This document shows, piece by piece, positions 11,445 to 23,064 of a stretch of DNA of 64,000 nucleotides. Position numbers and translations under genes: made by a program. This DNA is from Trypanosoma brucei. Taxonomy: Eukaryota. Every line of letters starts with the position of its first letter. The stretch's first letter is position 1. The notes under the pieces are model-generated. The model had not been told where the DNA came from and searched no databases. It was given only the letters and a program-made list of their open reading frames with translations. The stretch lies in NCBI GenBank assembly GCA_000002445.1, contig CP000068.1:512001-576000 (forward strand), in the 5' to 3' direction.

Positions 11445-12197
11445 GCGCTTCCCGAGTTCTTTCGTGTGTACTTTTCCCACTTTAAGTAGTGACGTATCGC
11501 CTTCATTTTGCTGCAATATTCCCCTTTTTCCTTTTCTTTTCATTTGTGTGTTGCGTCGTCTAATTTTTTTTTAATGTTTTTTTTTTCGCCGCTGTGCCCA
11601 CCACAACAATTTGTTTTGTTTTATATTATTTGTTTGCCAGTGAGATAAGACTTAGTGCTGAAGGGAAGTAAAACATTAACGAAACAGAACAAAAGCTAAA
11701 GCAAACTAAAGTGTAGCTATTTAAATTAAAGCCAGAATAAAGTGAAAACAAAAACAAAAAAAAGAAAAGGCATCTCTCACGAAGCCAGTAGGGCATAGGG
11801 AATAACAGAAGTATTAAAAAAATTAAAAAATAAGATCAAAAGAACCATTCAAAAAGGTGTGGTAGAGAAGCGCAGTGAGGTTATATAAATATCACATAAG
11901 TTAAGCAAAAAAGAAAAGAAAAAAGGAAAAAAAAAAGAAGACCATAAAGAGAGGGAGCAAAAAAATAATAATAATAATAATAACAGGGGAAGACAAAAAG
12001 GAACTTTTTTTTTTTTAAAAAGAAAAGAATTATCAATAAAGGAAAACATTCAGATACAAGAGGGGTTTCGGTTTCACGGGTTGGGTGTAGCTAACGAAAA
12101 AAAAAACGAAAGACACGAAAAGGCAAAGCAGAAAAGGAAGATTTTTTTTTTTTCGTTCCAGGGAGGGGGGCGAGAATATAGGAAGTTTACGCCACTA

Positions 12198-12217
12198 TTT
12201 TTTTTTCTCCTTCTTTG
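12198..12217 (+). promoter_or_regulatory. poly-pyrimidine tract, candidate trans-splicing signal for the PP2C gene
   Basis: The sequence tttttttttctccttctttg lies 70 bp upstream of the ATG at 12286, and AG dinucleotides follow it. Confidence 0.4.
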
Positions 12218-12285
12218 AAGCTACACCGAGATTGATTATCAAGTGTGAGGCTTCAAAATTACGCTAGTTGAACGTTATTTTTGAG

Positions 12286-13563
12286 ATGCCACCCAAAAAT
12301 AGGAATCGGGCCGCGACTGCTGACAGCGCCGCTATCGCCTCTTCTGGCGCCAAACTAATTAACAACCCCAAAAGTAACAGTAGCGGTGTAAAGGGAAAAA
12401 ATAACAACAAAAGTGCCCCCGTTGCAGCGAAGGCAAGAAGGCAAAGCGAAGCGGACGATTTTGAGCGAGTACTGGCAGATCTGAACCGAGCCACAGCCGC
12501 CGTGGGAAAGGAGCGGGAAAAGCAGGTAAAGCGCGAGAAACCACGTAAGGAGCGACATGAGGATGTCCGCGCCTTGGCGCAGAAACCGGAAGGAATAGAT
12601 GAGGAATTCAGCATGATGTTACGCAAGAAACAACAACAGAAGCAGTTTCAGCAACTAATCCAGCAGCTGCTGGCAGCGCGGAGTCCATTTCTCGACGCGC
12701 CAGAGAAGGAGGTGCGTTGTGAAGTGGCGACGGAGAACCCGAATTTTGATGTGGCTGTGGGTGAAATGCAAGGCTGGCGGGTGAGTATGGAAGATAAGCA
12801 TGCCATTGATGTTACTTTTCCCTCTGGAGCAAAGGACAGCAAGGAGGGGTTCTTTTGTGTCTTTGATGGTCACTCGGGTGACGGGTGTGCCAAGAAATGC
12901 AGTGAACTCATCCCAAAAGTTTCACGTGCCCACATGGTGGAGCATACGGACGGTTTTATGGAGATTGACTTTGAGGCAGCGTACATGGAAGTGGACACAC
13001 TTTTAGAAAAGGAGCTGACGGATCAGTCTGGTTGCACAGCAGTGACGGTACACATCACACCAACACGCATTACATGCGCCTCCGTGGGTGACTCCCGTGC
13101 TGTACTGTGCCGTAATGGAATAGCCGTTGCGCTCAGCGAAGATCACAAACCGGACAGGGAAGCGGAGCGAGCCCGTATTGAAGAGGCTGGCGGCCACGTT
13201 GCGGAAAACCGCGTGAATGGTCAGCTGGCTATGAGTCGGGCAATGGGTGATTTCACATACAAGACACAGAAGGAACGTGGCCCACGGCAGCAGTTGGTAA
13301 TTGCCGTGCCTGATGTGGTAATGGTCAATCGTGAGGCCGATGATGGGTTTGTGGTACTTGCCTGCGATGGCATCTTTGATGTAATGAGCAACGATGAGCT
13401 CATCAAGGCAGTGCTTATCAGGAAGGCTGAGAATAAACCAAATAGTGTCATCTGCGAAGAAATTTGCCACGAGTGCCTGGCGCCACCTGCGGAGGAGGGC
13501 AAGTACGCACCGCGGCCGGAGGGTACGGACAATATGACAATAATGATTGTGGATCTTAAGTAG
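12286..13563 (+). CDS. protein phosphatase 2C (PPM family)
   Basis: The track ORF opens with TTG at 12268; the first ATG is at 12286. PP2C motifs are present: MQGWRVSMEDKH, FFCVFDGHSGDGCAK, SVGDSRAVLCRNG, LSEDHKPDREAERARIEEAGGHV, RVNGQLAMSRAMGDF, DGFVVLACDGIFDVMSNDE. Confidence 0.85.
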   Translation: MPPKNRNRAATADSAAIASSGAKLINNPKSNSSGVKGKNNNKSAPVAAKARRQSEADDFERVLADLNRATAAVGKEREKQVKREKPRKERHEDVRALAQKPEGIDEEFSMMLRKKQQQKQFQQLIQQLLAARSPFLDAPEKEVRCEVATENPNFDVAVGEMQGWRVSMEDKHAIDVTFPSGAKDSKEGFFCVFDGHSGDGCAKKCSELIPKVSRAHMVEHTDGFMEIDFEAAYMEVDTLLEKELTDQSGCTAVTVHITPTRITCASVGDSRAVLCRNGIAVALSEDHKPDREAERARIEEAGGHVAENRVNGQLAMSRAMGDFTYKTQKERGPRQQLVIAVPDVVMVNREADDGFVVLACDGIFDVMSNDELIKAVLIRKAENKPNSVICEEICHECLAPPAEEGKYAPRPEGTDNMTIMIVDLK

Positions 13564-14247
13564 AATAAGAAGAATAATTTAATGTGGTGTGTGTGTGTGT
13601 GTGTGTGTGGCGGTGGAGGGAGAGAAAAGGGGGAGGAAAGATGGAGGGAGACATCTTTGTGATTGAGAGGTGAGGGGTGATGGGATTCATTAGTTAGTTG
13701 GATGAGGCAAGACAAACACAGCAAGGTAACGAAATGGGTTTGGAACGAAGTGTATACATGTGTGTTGTTAACCGTGGGAAAGGGATGTAGAAGACGAATA
13801 GTGAAGAGGACTGGAGGTTCCCGTTACTTCTTTAGTGCTGTTGGCGATGGCGCACACAACACGCGCGCATTGGCGCCAAAGCTATGAGTGAATTGAAGAG
13901 AGAAGGTTTTACTTGGAGTGTCCGTTTTTGGGGGGAGGGAAACGGGAGCTTGCAGGGATGTATGCACCAGACGGTGGTGTGAATGGTGAGAAAATAGGAT
14001 AGTTCAAGGAATGGGGGAAAGGGAATTTCAAATGCATGGATTGTGATTATGATTATTGTGTTTTTTTTTCGTGTGTTCCTGCTTTTTCGGTATGGTTTGA
14101 TGTTCTCGGTTCTTCAGTTTCTTTTTTTTGAAGCAGGTCGCAGACTGTTGTGGGGAGCTTTGGAACGTATGCTTCTTCCGCATTCTCCCCATCGGTTTCC
14201 CCATATTTTTCATTTTAGGTGCTTGGGTGCTCTGCGTTGCCTGGAGT

Positions 14248-14265
14248 GTGATGATGATGATGATG

Positions 14266-14296
<31 letters not shown>
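14248..14296. repeat. (GAT)n then (TG)n microsatellite
   Basis: A direct read shows gatgatgatgatgatgatg followed by tgtgtg... . Confidence 0.9.
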
Positions 14297-14298
<2 letters not shown>

Positions 14299-15090
14299 GG
14301 AGTGGGAGTGGAGTGGTGAACTTCTTCGCGGACTTATCATTTTGTTTCGCATGCATTTCCCTTTCTTCATGACTTTTCCTTCTTATTCTTCTTGCGTGCG
14401 TGTTTGTGTTTGTGTTTTTGTGACATACCATTGTGTGCCATCTCTTCTTCTTTTTCTTCACCATCAATTTCTTTTTCCCAGTGGGGGAGGAGTAGGAGGA
14501 GGATAACTCAAGGGAAATTGCGGGATCTTTTACTTTGGTCTCTTTCCATCTCTAATTCTACCTTTGCGTGCGTGACCACTGGGTTTTTTTTTCGTGCGAG
14601 TTCGTGTGCGTGTTTGCACTGTTCCCATGATGGCATTGCAGTATGTGTTGTACTTGCCGAGGGTTGTTATTTTCCTCCACAGCATTGTTGAATCGGTTCC
14701 TCTTTTTTTTTTCTTTCTTTCTTTTTTATGTTTTTAACAACAGTGTCATGCGCACCAAATAGGTGTGCACGTGCGCTTCAAATCACATTGGCAAAGTATA
14801 TTTTGTTTGTGCCGCTCATCCCAACGTTCGTCACCCGCTTCAACACGTGCATTTATAAGTGCCCCCTTTTCTTATTATGTCGGTTCTGCTTACTGTCTAT
14901 ATTTATATCTCTCTTCTTTTTTTTTCCTCTCTCTCTCTCTTTCTGTGTGTGTGTGTTTGCGTGTGTCTGTTTGTTTCCATCGCTTCTTTACTGTGCGGCT
15001 GGCACTTTTATTGTCCCCATTTCATTTCATTTCATTTCATTCCCTTTTCTTTTAATATATATATATATATATTGTTCTGGTGTTCAAGTC

Positions 15091-16137
15091 ATGTTAACTT
15101 CCACTGCTTATGGCATGGAGCTCCAAGCGCGTGCTATTGCACCGTTTTACCACTCCTCAAATAACAGCAGCAGTACTCATCGGTTCGTTGCCGGAACGGC
15201 ATGCTTCGCTGGTGGGAATGTTATCCGATTGCTCACCTTCCAGGAGGAGTCGCAACTACTGGAGTGTACGGCAACGTGGTCTCATGAGGAAGAGATTTTT
15301 GGTCTGTGGAGTTCTCCATCGGTTGCCGGCCCCAGTCTTTTGGCTGTGGGGGCTTCTTCTTATTGCCGCATCTTTCGCGTGTCGGATGATGTCTCTGGTG
15401 AGTTGGAGCCTGTTGTTAATTTTAATGCGGCTGCTGCGCAAGTTCTTTGGGACCTGGAGGGGCTGCAGAATGAGGTGAAGTTAATCTCTGAGGACTCCCT
15501 TCGTATTTATTCTCTTACTGAAGGTAAGATGGGGGAAGAAATTGGCCGCTTCCGCGTTGACGGTTGTGCGGAGCTGCGGTGTGCTGCATTGGACCCGCAT
15601 CACTCCTCTGTGTGTCTTGCTGCGGGTGAGGGAATTGGAATCGCTGTTATAGATACACGGAGAAAAGGGCCAATTGTAATGCCAAACACCACCACGCTCC
15701 ATGGTTTAGGAATGATACAAAGTATCGATTTCAGTAATGCTCGCGAGGGCCTTTTCATGACGGCAGGAACCGATGGAGTTATCATGTGGCATGATTTTCG
15801 CATGGATGGGGAAAAGAGCGTGGTTGAAAGGAGGGGATACTTGGACGCACATGATCACTGTGTGCAACGGTCGTTGTTTAATCCTTTCCACGACGAGTTG
15901 TTGATTTCTTGTGGATCGGATCATACGCTAAAGCTGTGGGACACCTCGAAGAAAGGGGCTGACGGCGAATGTGCCGTATGTGTGTCAAAACTCTCTGACT
16001 TTGCGGAGTCTGTAGTGGCTTGTTGTTGGAGCAATTCTAATCCATGGGTATTTGCTGGATTGTCTTACAATGGTAGGGTCCTTGTAGATAGTGTACCTGA
16101 AGAGTGTAAAATGCAATTTATTGGAAAGGAGGGTTGA
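15091..16137 (+). CDS. WD40-repeat protein (hypothetical)
   Basis: The track ORF starts at ATG 14728, but its first 120 codons translate pyrimidine/(TG)/(TA) low-complexity DNA that looks like intergenic spacer. A plausible start is ATG 15091 (MLTSTAYGMEL...), with an alternative ATG at 15115. It carries WD-like units (LISCGSDHTLKLWD, GVIMWHDF) spaced by beta-propeller-like segments. The start is uncertain. Confidence 0.55.
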   Translation: MLTSTAYGMELQARAIAPFYHSSNNSSSTHRFVAGTACFAGGNVIRLLTFQEESQLLECTATWSHEEEIFGLWSSPSVAGPSLLAVGASSYCRIFRVSDDVSGELEPVVNFNAAAAQVLWDLEGLQNEVKLISEDSLRIYSLTEGKMGEEIGRFRVDGCAELRCAALDPHHSSVCLAAGEGIGIAVIDTRRKGPIVMPNTTTLHGLGMIQSIDFSNAREGLFMTAGTDGVIMWHDFRMDGEKSVVERRGYLDAHDHCVQRSLFNPFHDELLISCGSDHTLKLWDTSKKGADGECAVCVSKLSDFAESVVACCWSNSNPWVFAGLSYNGRVLVDSVPEECKMQFIGKEG

Positions 16138-16936
16138 GAGGTAAACTCCCTTTTGATTCCTTTCCTTTATACGTGCTTCGCCGTTACTGAAACCTATCGA
16201 CGGCGGTGTGTACACGCCTGTGTGTGTGTGTGTGTGTGTGTGTCTGCTAAGATCCTTGGCACTGCTAGTGACGACATTTGTTGGTTTTATCAGTGGAAAT
16301 TTGTCTTCTTGCTATCGTTACCATCGCTGCTCTTCTTTCACCTGTCGCCACTGTTTTTTTCCCCCTCTTGCCGGCACCCGTTTTCCAACTCGAATGCAAA
16401 AGGGTGTGGTGGTGGTGGTGCAGCATAGGTGATTGGGCGCCAGCCGGGGCGTAAGGGCGTTACAGGCAATTTTTTTGTGCCTTTTGTTTCCCCTTTCTTT
16501 TCCTGACATATGTGGTGGTTCACGCGTTACGATGCCCAGTAGAAAGGAAAATGGAATGGTAGTACTGCCTGCTCTTGTCTAACGATTCTATGTGTGTATA
16601 TATATATATTCTTCTTGGCATTCTCCTTTCGCCCCTTTCCCGTTTTCTCTGTTTTCCCGTTTACGGTGCGAAACAACCGAACACATCATCACTTTATATG
16701 TATTAAGAGGGGAAAAGGAAGAAAGATTTGACATAGAACTGAGTTATCTTGACAGGTATTCACCCCTTCGGCCGACGAAGGGAAGTAGAAAGAGGCGTAC
16801 AAATAAGAGCAGCAACCTCTACCTTGGAGGTGGGATTGATAAGGGAGGTGACGGCTTCCCATCCTTTATTGCCATTATAATCCTCTTTCATCTAACAAGT
16901 TACTTCCCGCTGTAGTTTATCTATCTAACAGTCGTT

Positions 16937-19900
16937 ATGCCCCCTAAGCTACGACAACATTTTCACCAGAAGGCTGCCGCCGCCGCCGCCGCCGCGGAAG
17001 TGGAATCAGGGATTGCTGGTGTTGAGGAAACTCTCCGACGCCTTGGGTTAGTTGGGGGTGCGGATAAAGCGGGTCGCAACTCAACGAGAGCGAAGGACTC
17101 TGAGGAGTACCTGGCATCCATCAGAAAGGCAAAAGAAGAGGCTGCCAGGCTTCTGCGTGAAAGAGAATGCAGACAGTATGCCGTGGAGGAACAAAAGCGA
17201 GAGGACGAAGTTACACTCTCCGGTAATGATAGGGAGAAGGCGCTGCAAAGTGTTATTGAGGAGGCACGCTTTATTTTAGAGGAGGAGAAGCGAAAGGCGA
17301 TGGAGTCTGTTACAAGGCAGCTTGGAAAGTCTGATGATCGTGTCATTAGGGCAAAGGAACTCAGAGCCGCGTTGGCTGTGCGTGATCGGGAAGTGATGTT
17401 GATGGAAGGTGTACATAGTCCCGCGGTATGTGGAGAATCAAAAGATAGCATGGTTGTACCAGATGTGAAGGAGCGGAGAAGGGCATTAAAAGCCGCTGCC
17501 GCAAGAGAGTACTGTAACATCATTGCCAACGGAATTGTTGAGTTGGCGATTCGGGTCTTTGACAACATGTACACTCCCATAGTCTACAACAACATTCCTT
17601 TGCGTCGATTTCCACAGGATCTCGGTGTGACGAAGTGGCGAGCATGGGTGGAAGAGTTAATTTTCTCCAAGACAGGAGCCAAACCTTTGAGCGATCTTCT
17701 TGCCACGACAAGTCTTCGGGAGCTGCGTAATACAAACTACAGGGCTGTGAAGAATTTGGTGGGGGCGGCGGAATCTGCGAATGATGTGAGCCAGTCCGTT
17801 GAGTTTGACTGCAGGGAGACTGTTGATGGCAGGGATGCAACGGAAACCTTTGACGGAAATGCCTTTGATGCGGAAACTGTTATGAGGAAGGTTACGGAAT
17901 TGCAGTGTAGGCATAGATCGGGACTTATCGCCAAAAGCGTGCAGGAAGCCACTCTCCTCCTCCGATGTGAAGAAGAGAAGGAACTTGAAGCCCAACTAGA
18001 TGATATCCGTCGAACACACGAGGGGGACGCTGCAGAGGAGACAGTGCCCGGATGGACACACAAACTACCGCCGGTGGGTTGTTTTTTGTTCGGTGATGAG
18101 TTAAGTGGACTCAAGCAAATGGCGGAGGCGCTATATAGTGATGTCCCACTGGAAGCAACGGTCTTGTCGGGCAAACAGCGCACAAGCAACTCGCAACTGG
18201 CAGATGTGACAAGGAATACGTTCGACTGGGATACCACCAGTGGTGACTGTATGGCGCATCGGGTTATTTTGGCGTCTCAGCTTATTCGAGGGCATCAAAT
18301 GCACTCCGGTCAGGGAGGATCCGGCTCTGCGTCAACCAGCGGCGCAAAGGTGTATAAAGGCGCGGGTGCGTCGAGCACCGGAACTAGTCGACTGAAGGAT
18401 GTTAAACAAGCCGAAGACTTTGTGGAGTCCAAACAGTACATCGACGCCCTTTGCGAAGCTCTTGTGAAGGAGCTCGTTGCGGTGTACCAATACAATATTA
18501 TGCTCGTCCTACGTCCCTCTGCTGATGCCTCTGAGGGTGTGACGGAGGCGCCTCCGATGATGCGTTTGCTGTTTCTAGTCGGCTTTCCAGACACAGAGGT
18601 GTTTTTACGCACTCTGCACCAACGACTTCATCTGGCCCTTGAGGTACTTGAACACGAAGTTACACGAATGCTTAGAGAGGAGGAGTGCGGCGATGAATGT
18701 GGGTCTGTTACACTGTTGGCTAGCAAGCACCCCATGCGCCAGACGTTATCCACTACCGCGTCCTCTACCCGCAAAAAGGGGAGCCGGCTCTGTTTGTCCC
18801 CATCGACGAGGAGGTGTGGCAACTCTAGGTCATCAGTTATTGAAGCTGAGGAGACACCTCCACCACGGCTGCGTGTGTTCCCGCCATTGTGTCTAGTGGG
18901 GGTATTTCTGCAATATGACATTCCCTCCCGCTACAGGCGGATGCGGCATGCGAGGAACCGCTCCACACTGACCATGTCTGAGATCCTTAGTCAAACTCCA
19001 TCTCCCCTTCTTTCGCAACCTTTTTCAGGCCCAACCCCGCCACAACATGGGGAAGAGGATACCGGCGATTCTTTTGCGGAGTGGCCAGTGTGGCGATTGC
19101 GAATGGAACTCATTCAACAAGACCGGAAGATGCGTCAATCCTGGAAGACGTGGTGTGCGCGCGTGTCTAAGGCTGGTTTATCTCACATTTCTGAGGGAGA
19201 ACGAACCCCGCATGTGGAGAAGGTAAAAAGGCGGGGACGTTCGTCCGTAACACATGGAAAATCTAACGAGAATGTAAGTTCAAACATAAGCCAAACTCCT
19301 ATCCCGCCAGGACTTGCGGTGCCGAAGGTTCTCTTCTTCGAACGGAGGGAAAACCTTCCCGAGAACACAGAACATGGGGATCTCGTACTGTACCTTATTT
19401 TGAACCTAAAATATGAACTGAGGCCCATTGCTAACGTTCTTGCTAATAAGTCCCTAATACCAGGGCAACTGGCTTCTCCATTGAAGCTCAGTGACTACCG
19501 ATTACCGTTGACCGTGCTTGCTCAGCTGGTGGAGGTTCACGACCGATTCCATGCTCGTTGGAATGACTTAATGGCTCTTACCCCCCAGGTGGTGCAGGAT
19601 TCAGTGTTGACTGGGTCATCAACACGGGTGCAAAGCAGGTGTGCGACCGATGAAGGCAACGACGGGGAGGGGCCCCCGAGGTGGGAGACCGCAATAGCTC
19701 TCGAAGCCGAAATGCATCGCGTCTTTCATGTAATTTTATCGGATTTGTTGGATTTTCTGACGGATGAGGTTTTTCCACCATCTCTTTGGGGTGGGAGAAC
19801 CGATTCGATCCCCCCCGTCACCCCGACTAATGTATCCTCTGGCGATAGACTCAGTCGTACTTTGCACTTCATGACTTTAGATGATAATTATGGCGTTTCG

Positions 19901-22192
19901 CGCGAGGCACTGTATGGCTTAATGTCCGAGGGATTAACCAAGCTTGACACTGTTAGTGCCTTGTTACTTCGTCAGGTTCTCGAAGTTGCGTTGGCAGATG
20001 TGGGGGAAGCGCTTTCTGGTCTCTGCGCGTGGGCCCATAGTCACATGCTGTCCGCTCCGCGGATTCCCGCAGAAAAGGGGAATACAACACCCAGTCCAGG
20101 GAGCCCAACGTTTTCACCTGTCCGCAATCATTCTCTTCCGAGCAACTTTTCAACCTATGATTTTGTAAAGAGAGACTTTCTTCGCGCCGCCCCACGTATT
20201 GAATTTGATGAGATACTGCATGCCGTGCAGCAATTAGATGGTAGAGCCGAGGCGGTCGAGAATTTTCAGTATTTCATGTGGGCATATTCGTCGCGTGTTC
20301 ACGAGACGGCGCTGTCGTGTTTGTTGGACTCTATAGATGGTATTAGCAAGAGGTTAAGCGTTGAGGTCTCTAACAGTTGGGATGTTACGGCTCCCCGAGT
20401 TATTCGTCAATTGTTGTCCGAGCTGTTTGCTGTTCCGCCACTGGAAGGGAATGATGGATTTGAAGGTGGCGCAGCGGAAGAAAGGCGCTGCGATACTGTT
20501 TATACCCCTACTCAGAATAATGTACTTCCTGTAGACTCACCATCGCCGCCGTCGCCTCCCGCAATCTCAGTGTCTGTGGGGCGTTTGGTGGCAGCCATCG
20601 CATTACTGCGCCGCTGCTGCATGACATCTGCAATGTGTGCGGCCCGTTGGGTGGATGACATGTACGCGGCGTCACTTAGAATTCCACCTAATGGTAGGTT
20701 TCCATCCGCGTGTCGCCCGTCTGACGTTGCGGGCATCTTCCTACCGCCTGTTGCGGCTCAGGAGGAGATTGCCTCGCGGTCGTCACTGGCAGTGCAGTTG
20801 ATGGAACAGTTGGTCCCAACGTTCAGCATCGACTCGGTGAAAGATCGGAACTGCTGGGAAGAGACTGGAGTTGAGTTAGTTTTGCAAAACTTTTCCATGT
20901 ACCAAAAGGGCACTGTGAACGAAGATGAGTTCACCCACTGTGTTCTTCAGGCGCAGCTCAACTGCATTTGGAAACTGCTACCCGAGGGGTTGCATACGAT
21001 CGCCAGGGACATTGGTTTTACCCTTCCCTTCGCGCCAAAGGATTGTAGCGGTGAGTCGGCGCATATTAAAGGTGTGTCGGACTCCATGTTCTCATGGATG
21101 AGGCTCAGGCACTGCAAGGGTGTAGCTGAGACGCCCGTGCTAACTGGAGAGGATTGCGCTCGCATCTTCCGCAATGCGGTTCGCTGCCAGAAGTATGTTT
21201 TACTTCAGATGGAGTACTCCTCGAGGGCACGACGGACTACACTTTCATCCACCGTCACCCAGAGTGGCATGATGGCGCGGTGGTGTAAAAGACCCGTGCT
21301 TCATCTGCAGCAGTTTCTCGTGGATCTTCTCTTTCGTCAGCCCTATCCTTCCGGCGCATCCAGTGCCGACTACACGAAGGAGTGTAGCCTGGTGAACGAA
21401 CCTTCCACCAAGGAGTTGCGTGAGATGGTGCAGTCGTTCCCCCCAGAGTTGCGGGAACAAGGACCTGATCAGGTGGACGGCACTGCATCTATAACAATGG
21501 AGGCCTGGCACCGCATCAAGTGGTGGCATTTTTCCACGAATGCTTCCAAGGCAAGTTGGGAAGACTTCTTGAAGTGCTACCTTTTTCGTGTTCTTACCGT
21601 TTCGTTTGAACTCAAGAATGGCGTCCTGTGCTCACGTCTGTTGCCGCGCCTTCCAGACTTGTTGTCTGCCATCGCGCGCACACGGGGGGCTCAGGCGACT
21701 GTGGAGCGCTATTATCATGCCCTTGTTGCGCTGGACGCTGCACGGACGAAGAAACTGCGTCATTCCCAGTTGGTAGAAACGCCACTGCTGGCCGAAGCGG
21801 GACAAAATCATGCATATACATTAGCCTCCATAAAGGGTTCATTGTTGGCCCTCTCTCCGCTATCGGTGTTTGATCTCACGTTGTCGGTGAAGGAGGCTTT
21901 GTACTTTTTTCGACCGGCGTTCGACAGCTGCGCTCCAGGTTGGAGTGCGGCGACACAGGGCAATGCTGAATCGACTTCGCCGTATCGTTCCGTGCGTGGC
22001 AGGTATTCACTTGGTGGTGAAGGGAACAGCAAGATCAGCGAGGATGAGGAAAGTAGTGGCGAGTATACCATTTCCCTCGAGGAGGACCTCATCCTTCTGC
22101 TGGAGATTGAAGGCCGCACAGCACTGTCTTTGCCCCTACTGAGTTCCTCACACTGGGGGCGGCACGTATTGCCACGTCTGACGGTCATTTAA
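16937..22192 (+). CDS. large hypothetical protein (1751 aa), no recognisable domain
   Basis: It is ATG-initiated and one continuous frame of 5.2 kb, which random sequence would not produce. A poly-Ala stretch at codons 14-21 is encoded by (GCC)n. Composition is uniform and codon-like. The minus-strand ORFs inside it are short. Confidence 0.7.
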   Translation: MPPKLRQHFHQKAAAAAAAAEVESGIAGVEETLRRLGLVGGADKAGRNSTRAKDSEEYLASIRKAKEEAARLLRERECRQYAVEEQKREDEVTLSGNDREKALQSVIEEARFILEEEKRKAMESVTRQLGKSDDRVIRAKELRAALAVRDREVMLMEGVHSPAVCGESKDSMVVPDVKERRRALKAAAAREYCNIIANGIVELAIRVFDNMYTPIVYNNIPLRRFPQDLGVTKWRAWVEELIFSKTGAKPLSDLLATTSLRELRNTNYRAVKNLVGAAESANDVSQSVEFDCRETVDGRDATETFDGNAFDAETVMRKVTELQCRHRSGLIAKSVQEATLLLRCEEEKELEAQLDDIRRTHEGDAAEETVPGWTHKLPPVGCFLFGDELSGLKQMAEALYSDVPLEATVLSGKQRTSNSQLADVTRNTFDWDTTSGDCMAHRVILASQLIRGHQMHSGQGGSGSASTSGAKVYKGAGASSTGTSRLKDVKQAEDFVESKQYIDALCEALVKELVAVYQYNIMLVLRPSADASEGVTEAPPMMRLLFLVGFPDTEVFLRTLHQRLHLALEVLEHEVTRMLREEECGDECGSVTLLASKHPMRQTLSTTASSTRKKGSRLCLSPSTRRCGNSRSSVIEAEETPPPRLRVFPPLCLVGVFLQYDIPSRYRRMRHARNRSTLTMSEILSQTPSPLLSQPFSGPTPPQHGEEDTGDSFAEWPVWRLRMELIQQDRKMRQSWKTWCARVSKAGLSHISEGERTPHVEKVKRRGRSSVTHGKSNENVSSNISQTPIPPGLAVPKVLFFERRENLPENTEHGDLVLYLILNLKYELRPIANVLANKSLIPGQLASPLKLSDYRLPLTVLAQLVEVHDRFHARWNDLMALTPQVVQDSVLTGSSTRVQSRCATDEGNDGEGPPRWETAIALEAEMHRVFHVILSDLLDFLTDEVFPPSLWGGRTDSIPPVTPTNVSSGDRLSRTLHFMTLDDNYGVSREALYGLMSEGLTKLDTVSALLLRQVLEVALADVGEALSGLCAWAHSHMLSAPRIPAEKGNTTPSPGSPTFSPVRNHSLPSNFSTYDFVKRDFLRAAPRIEFDEILHAVQQLDGRAEAVENFQYFMWAYSSRVHETALSCLLDSIDGISKRLSVEVSNSWDVTAPRVIRQLLSELFAVPPLEGNDGFEGGAAEERRCDTVYTPTQNNVLPVDSPSPPSPPAISVSVGRLVAAIALLRRCCMTSAMCAARWVDDMYAASLRIPPNGRFPSACRPSDVAGIFLPPVAAQEEIASRSSLAVQLMEQLVPTFSIDSVKDRNCWEETGVELVLQNFSMYQKGTVNEDEFTHCVLQAQLNCIWKLLPEGLHTIARDIGFTLPFAPKDCSGESAHIKGVSDSMFSWMRLRHCKGVAETPVLTGEDCARIFRNAVRCQKYVLLQMEYSSRARRTTLSSTVTQSGMMARWCKRPVLHLQQFLVDLLFRQPYPSGASSADYTKECSLVNEPSTKELREMVQSFPPELREQGPDQVDGTASITMEAWHRIKWWHFSTNASKASWEDFLKCYLFRVLTVSFELKNGVLCSRLLPRLPDLLSAIARTRGAQATVERYYHALVALDAARTKKLRHSQLVETPLLAEAGQNHAYTLASIKGSLLALSPLSVFDLTLSVKEALYFFRPAFDSCAPGWSAATQGNAESTSPYRSVRGRYSLGGEGNSKISEDEESSGEYTISLEEDLILLLEIEGRTALSLPLLSSSHWGRHVLPRLTVI

Positions 22193-23064
22193 TGAGATGG
22201 CATCTGCCACACATGTGTGTTTTTGTATGTGTTTGACGCTACACTCTATTTGTGTTTTCATTTTTTAATTTATTGGGTGCCCTGTCGCTTTGGGTTGCGG
22301 TACAGGCGATTTTTATGTACGCCTATTGTGTGCAACTGCGTGAAGGTGGTGTCTGAGTGGTTAAATACGGAGTTGGTGTGGTAACAGAATATGTTTGTCC
22401 AATACATGTTCCTTTTCTTTTACCTCTGTGTGCATATTTTTGTTATATATATATATATATATAACTTGTTGGTGCACATACGTGTAGACACGGTGTGATT
22501 TCTTTGTGTGTATGTGTGTGTGTGTGTGGGGGGGGTGTATATGGTATGTACAGGTTTGAATTCATTCATTCATTACTTAGATCTTCATGTGATTGCTCGC
22601 GTGCCGTCTACACAAGAGCTTCGCTGTTACTCTTGTAATAACCGTCACTTTTTTTTTGGTTCACTACACCTGGCATTTTCGTCACTCCCCCGATTCTACT
22701 TTCATTTTTTTTTGTTATCTCTCGGTTCTTTTTTTTTGTTTCCTTTTTTCTTTTTCGCCCTCCATTGCTGTGAAGTTTCTTACTATTCCCCCCAGCGCAC
22801 TTGCGAAGCGGGACGCGGAGGGGTGTGTGAGGGGTAATACGGAATATACTGGGGCAGAGGTGTGTGTGTATCAAAAACAAAGAAGCCATCATCTAGATTT
22901 ACAAAGGTAGCGGCAAGAAGGGAGAGAGAGTGAAGGGAAGGGAAGGGAAGGGAAGGGGAGAGGGAGTGCACGTATAAAAGTGGAAACGTAAATAAAATCC
23001 CCTGATCAGATACGGCAACAGGTTTTTTTTCTTCGGTGTGGTTGTACAGTGAAGCGGGGAAAAG

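Noticed and set aside
8227-11574. Several + and - ORFs (e.g. 8227-8526 RGEERRGEE..., 9502-9876, 9867-10358, 10638-10946, 11172-11489 poly-Ile/Leu).
   Set aside because: They are translations of microsatellites and homopolymer-rich spacer ((AGGAG)n, (TTA)n, poly-T). They lack coding-like composition.
14728-15090. An N-terminal 121-codon extension of the WD40 ORF from ATG 14728.
   Set aside because: It encodes FLLCRFCLLSIFISLFFFFPLSLSFCVCVFACV..., a translation of poly-pyrimidine, (TG)n and (TA)n spacer that carries the trans-splicing signals. The start is more likely at 15091 or 15115.
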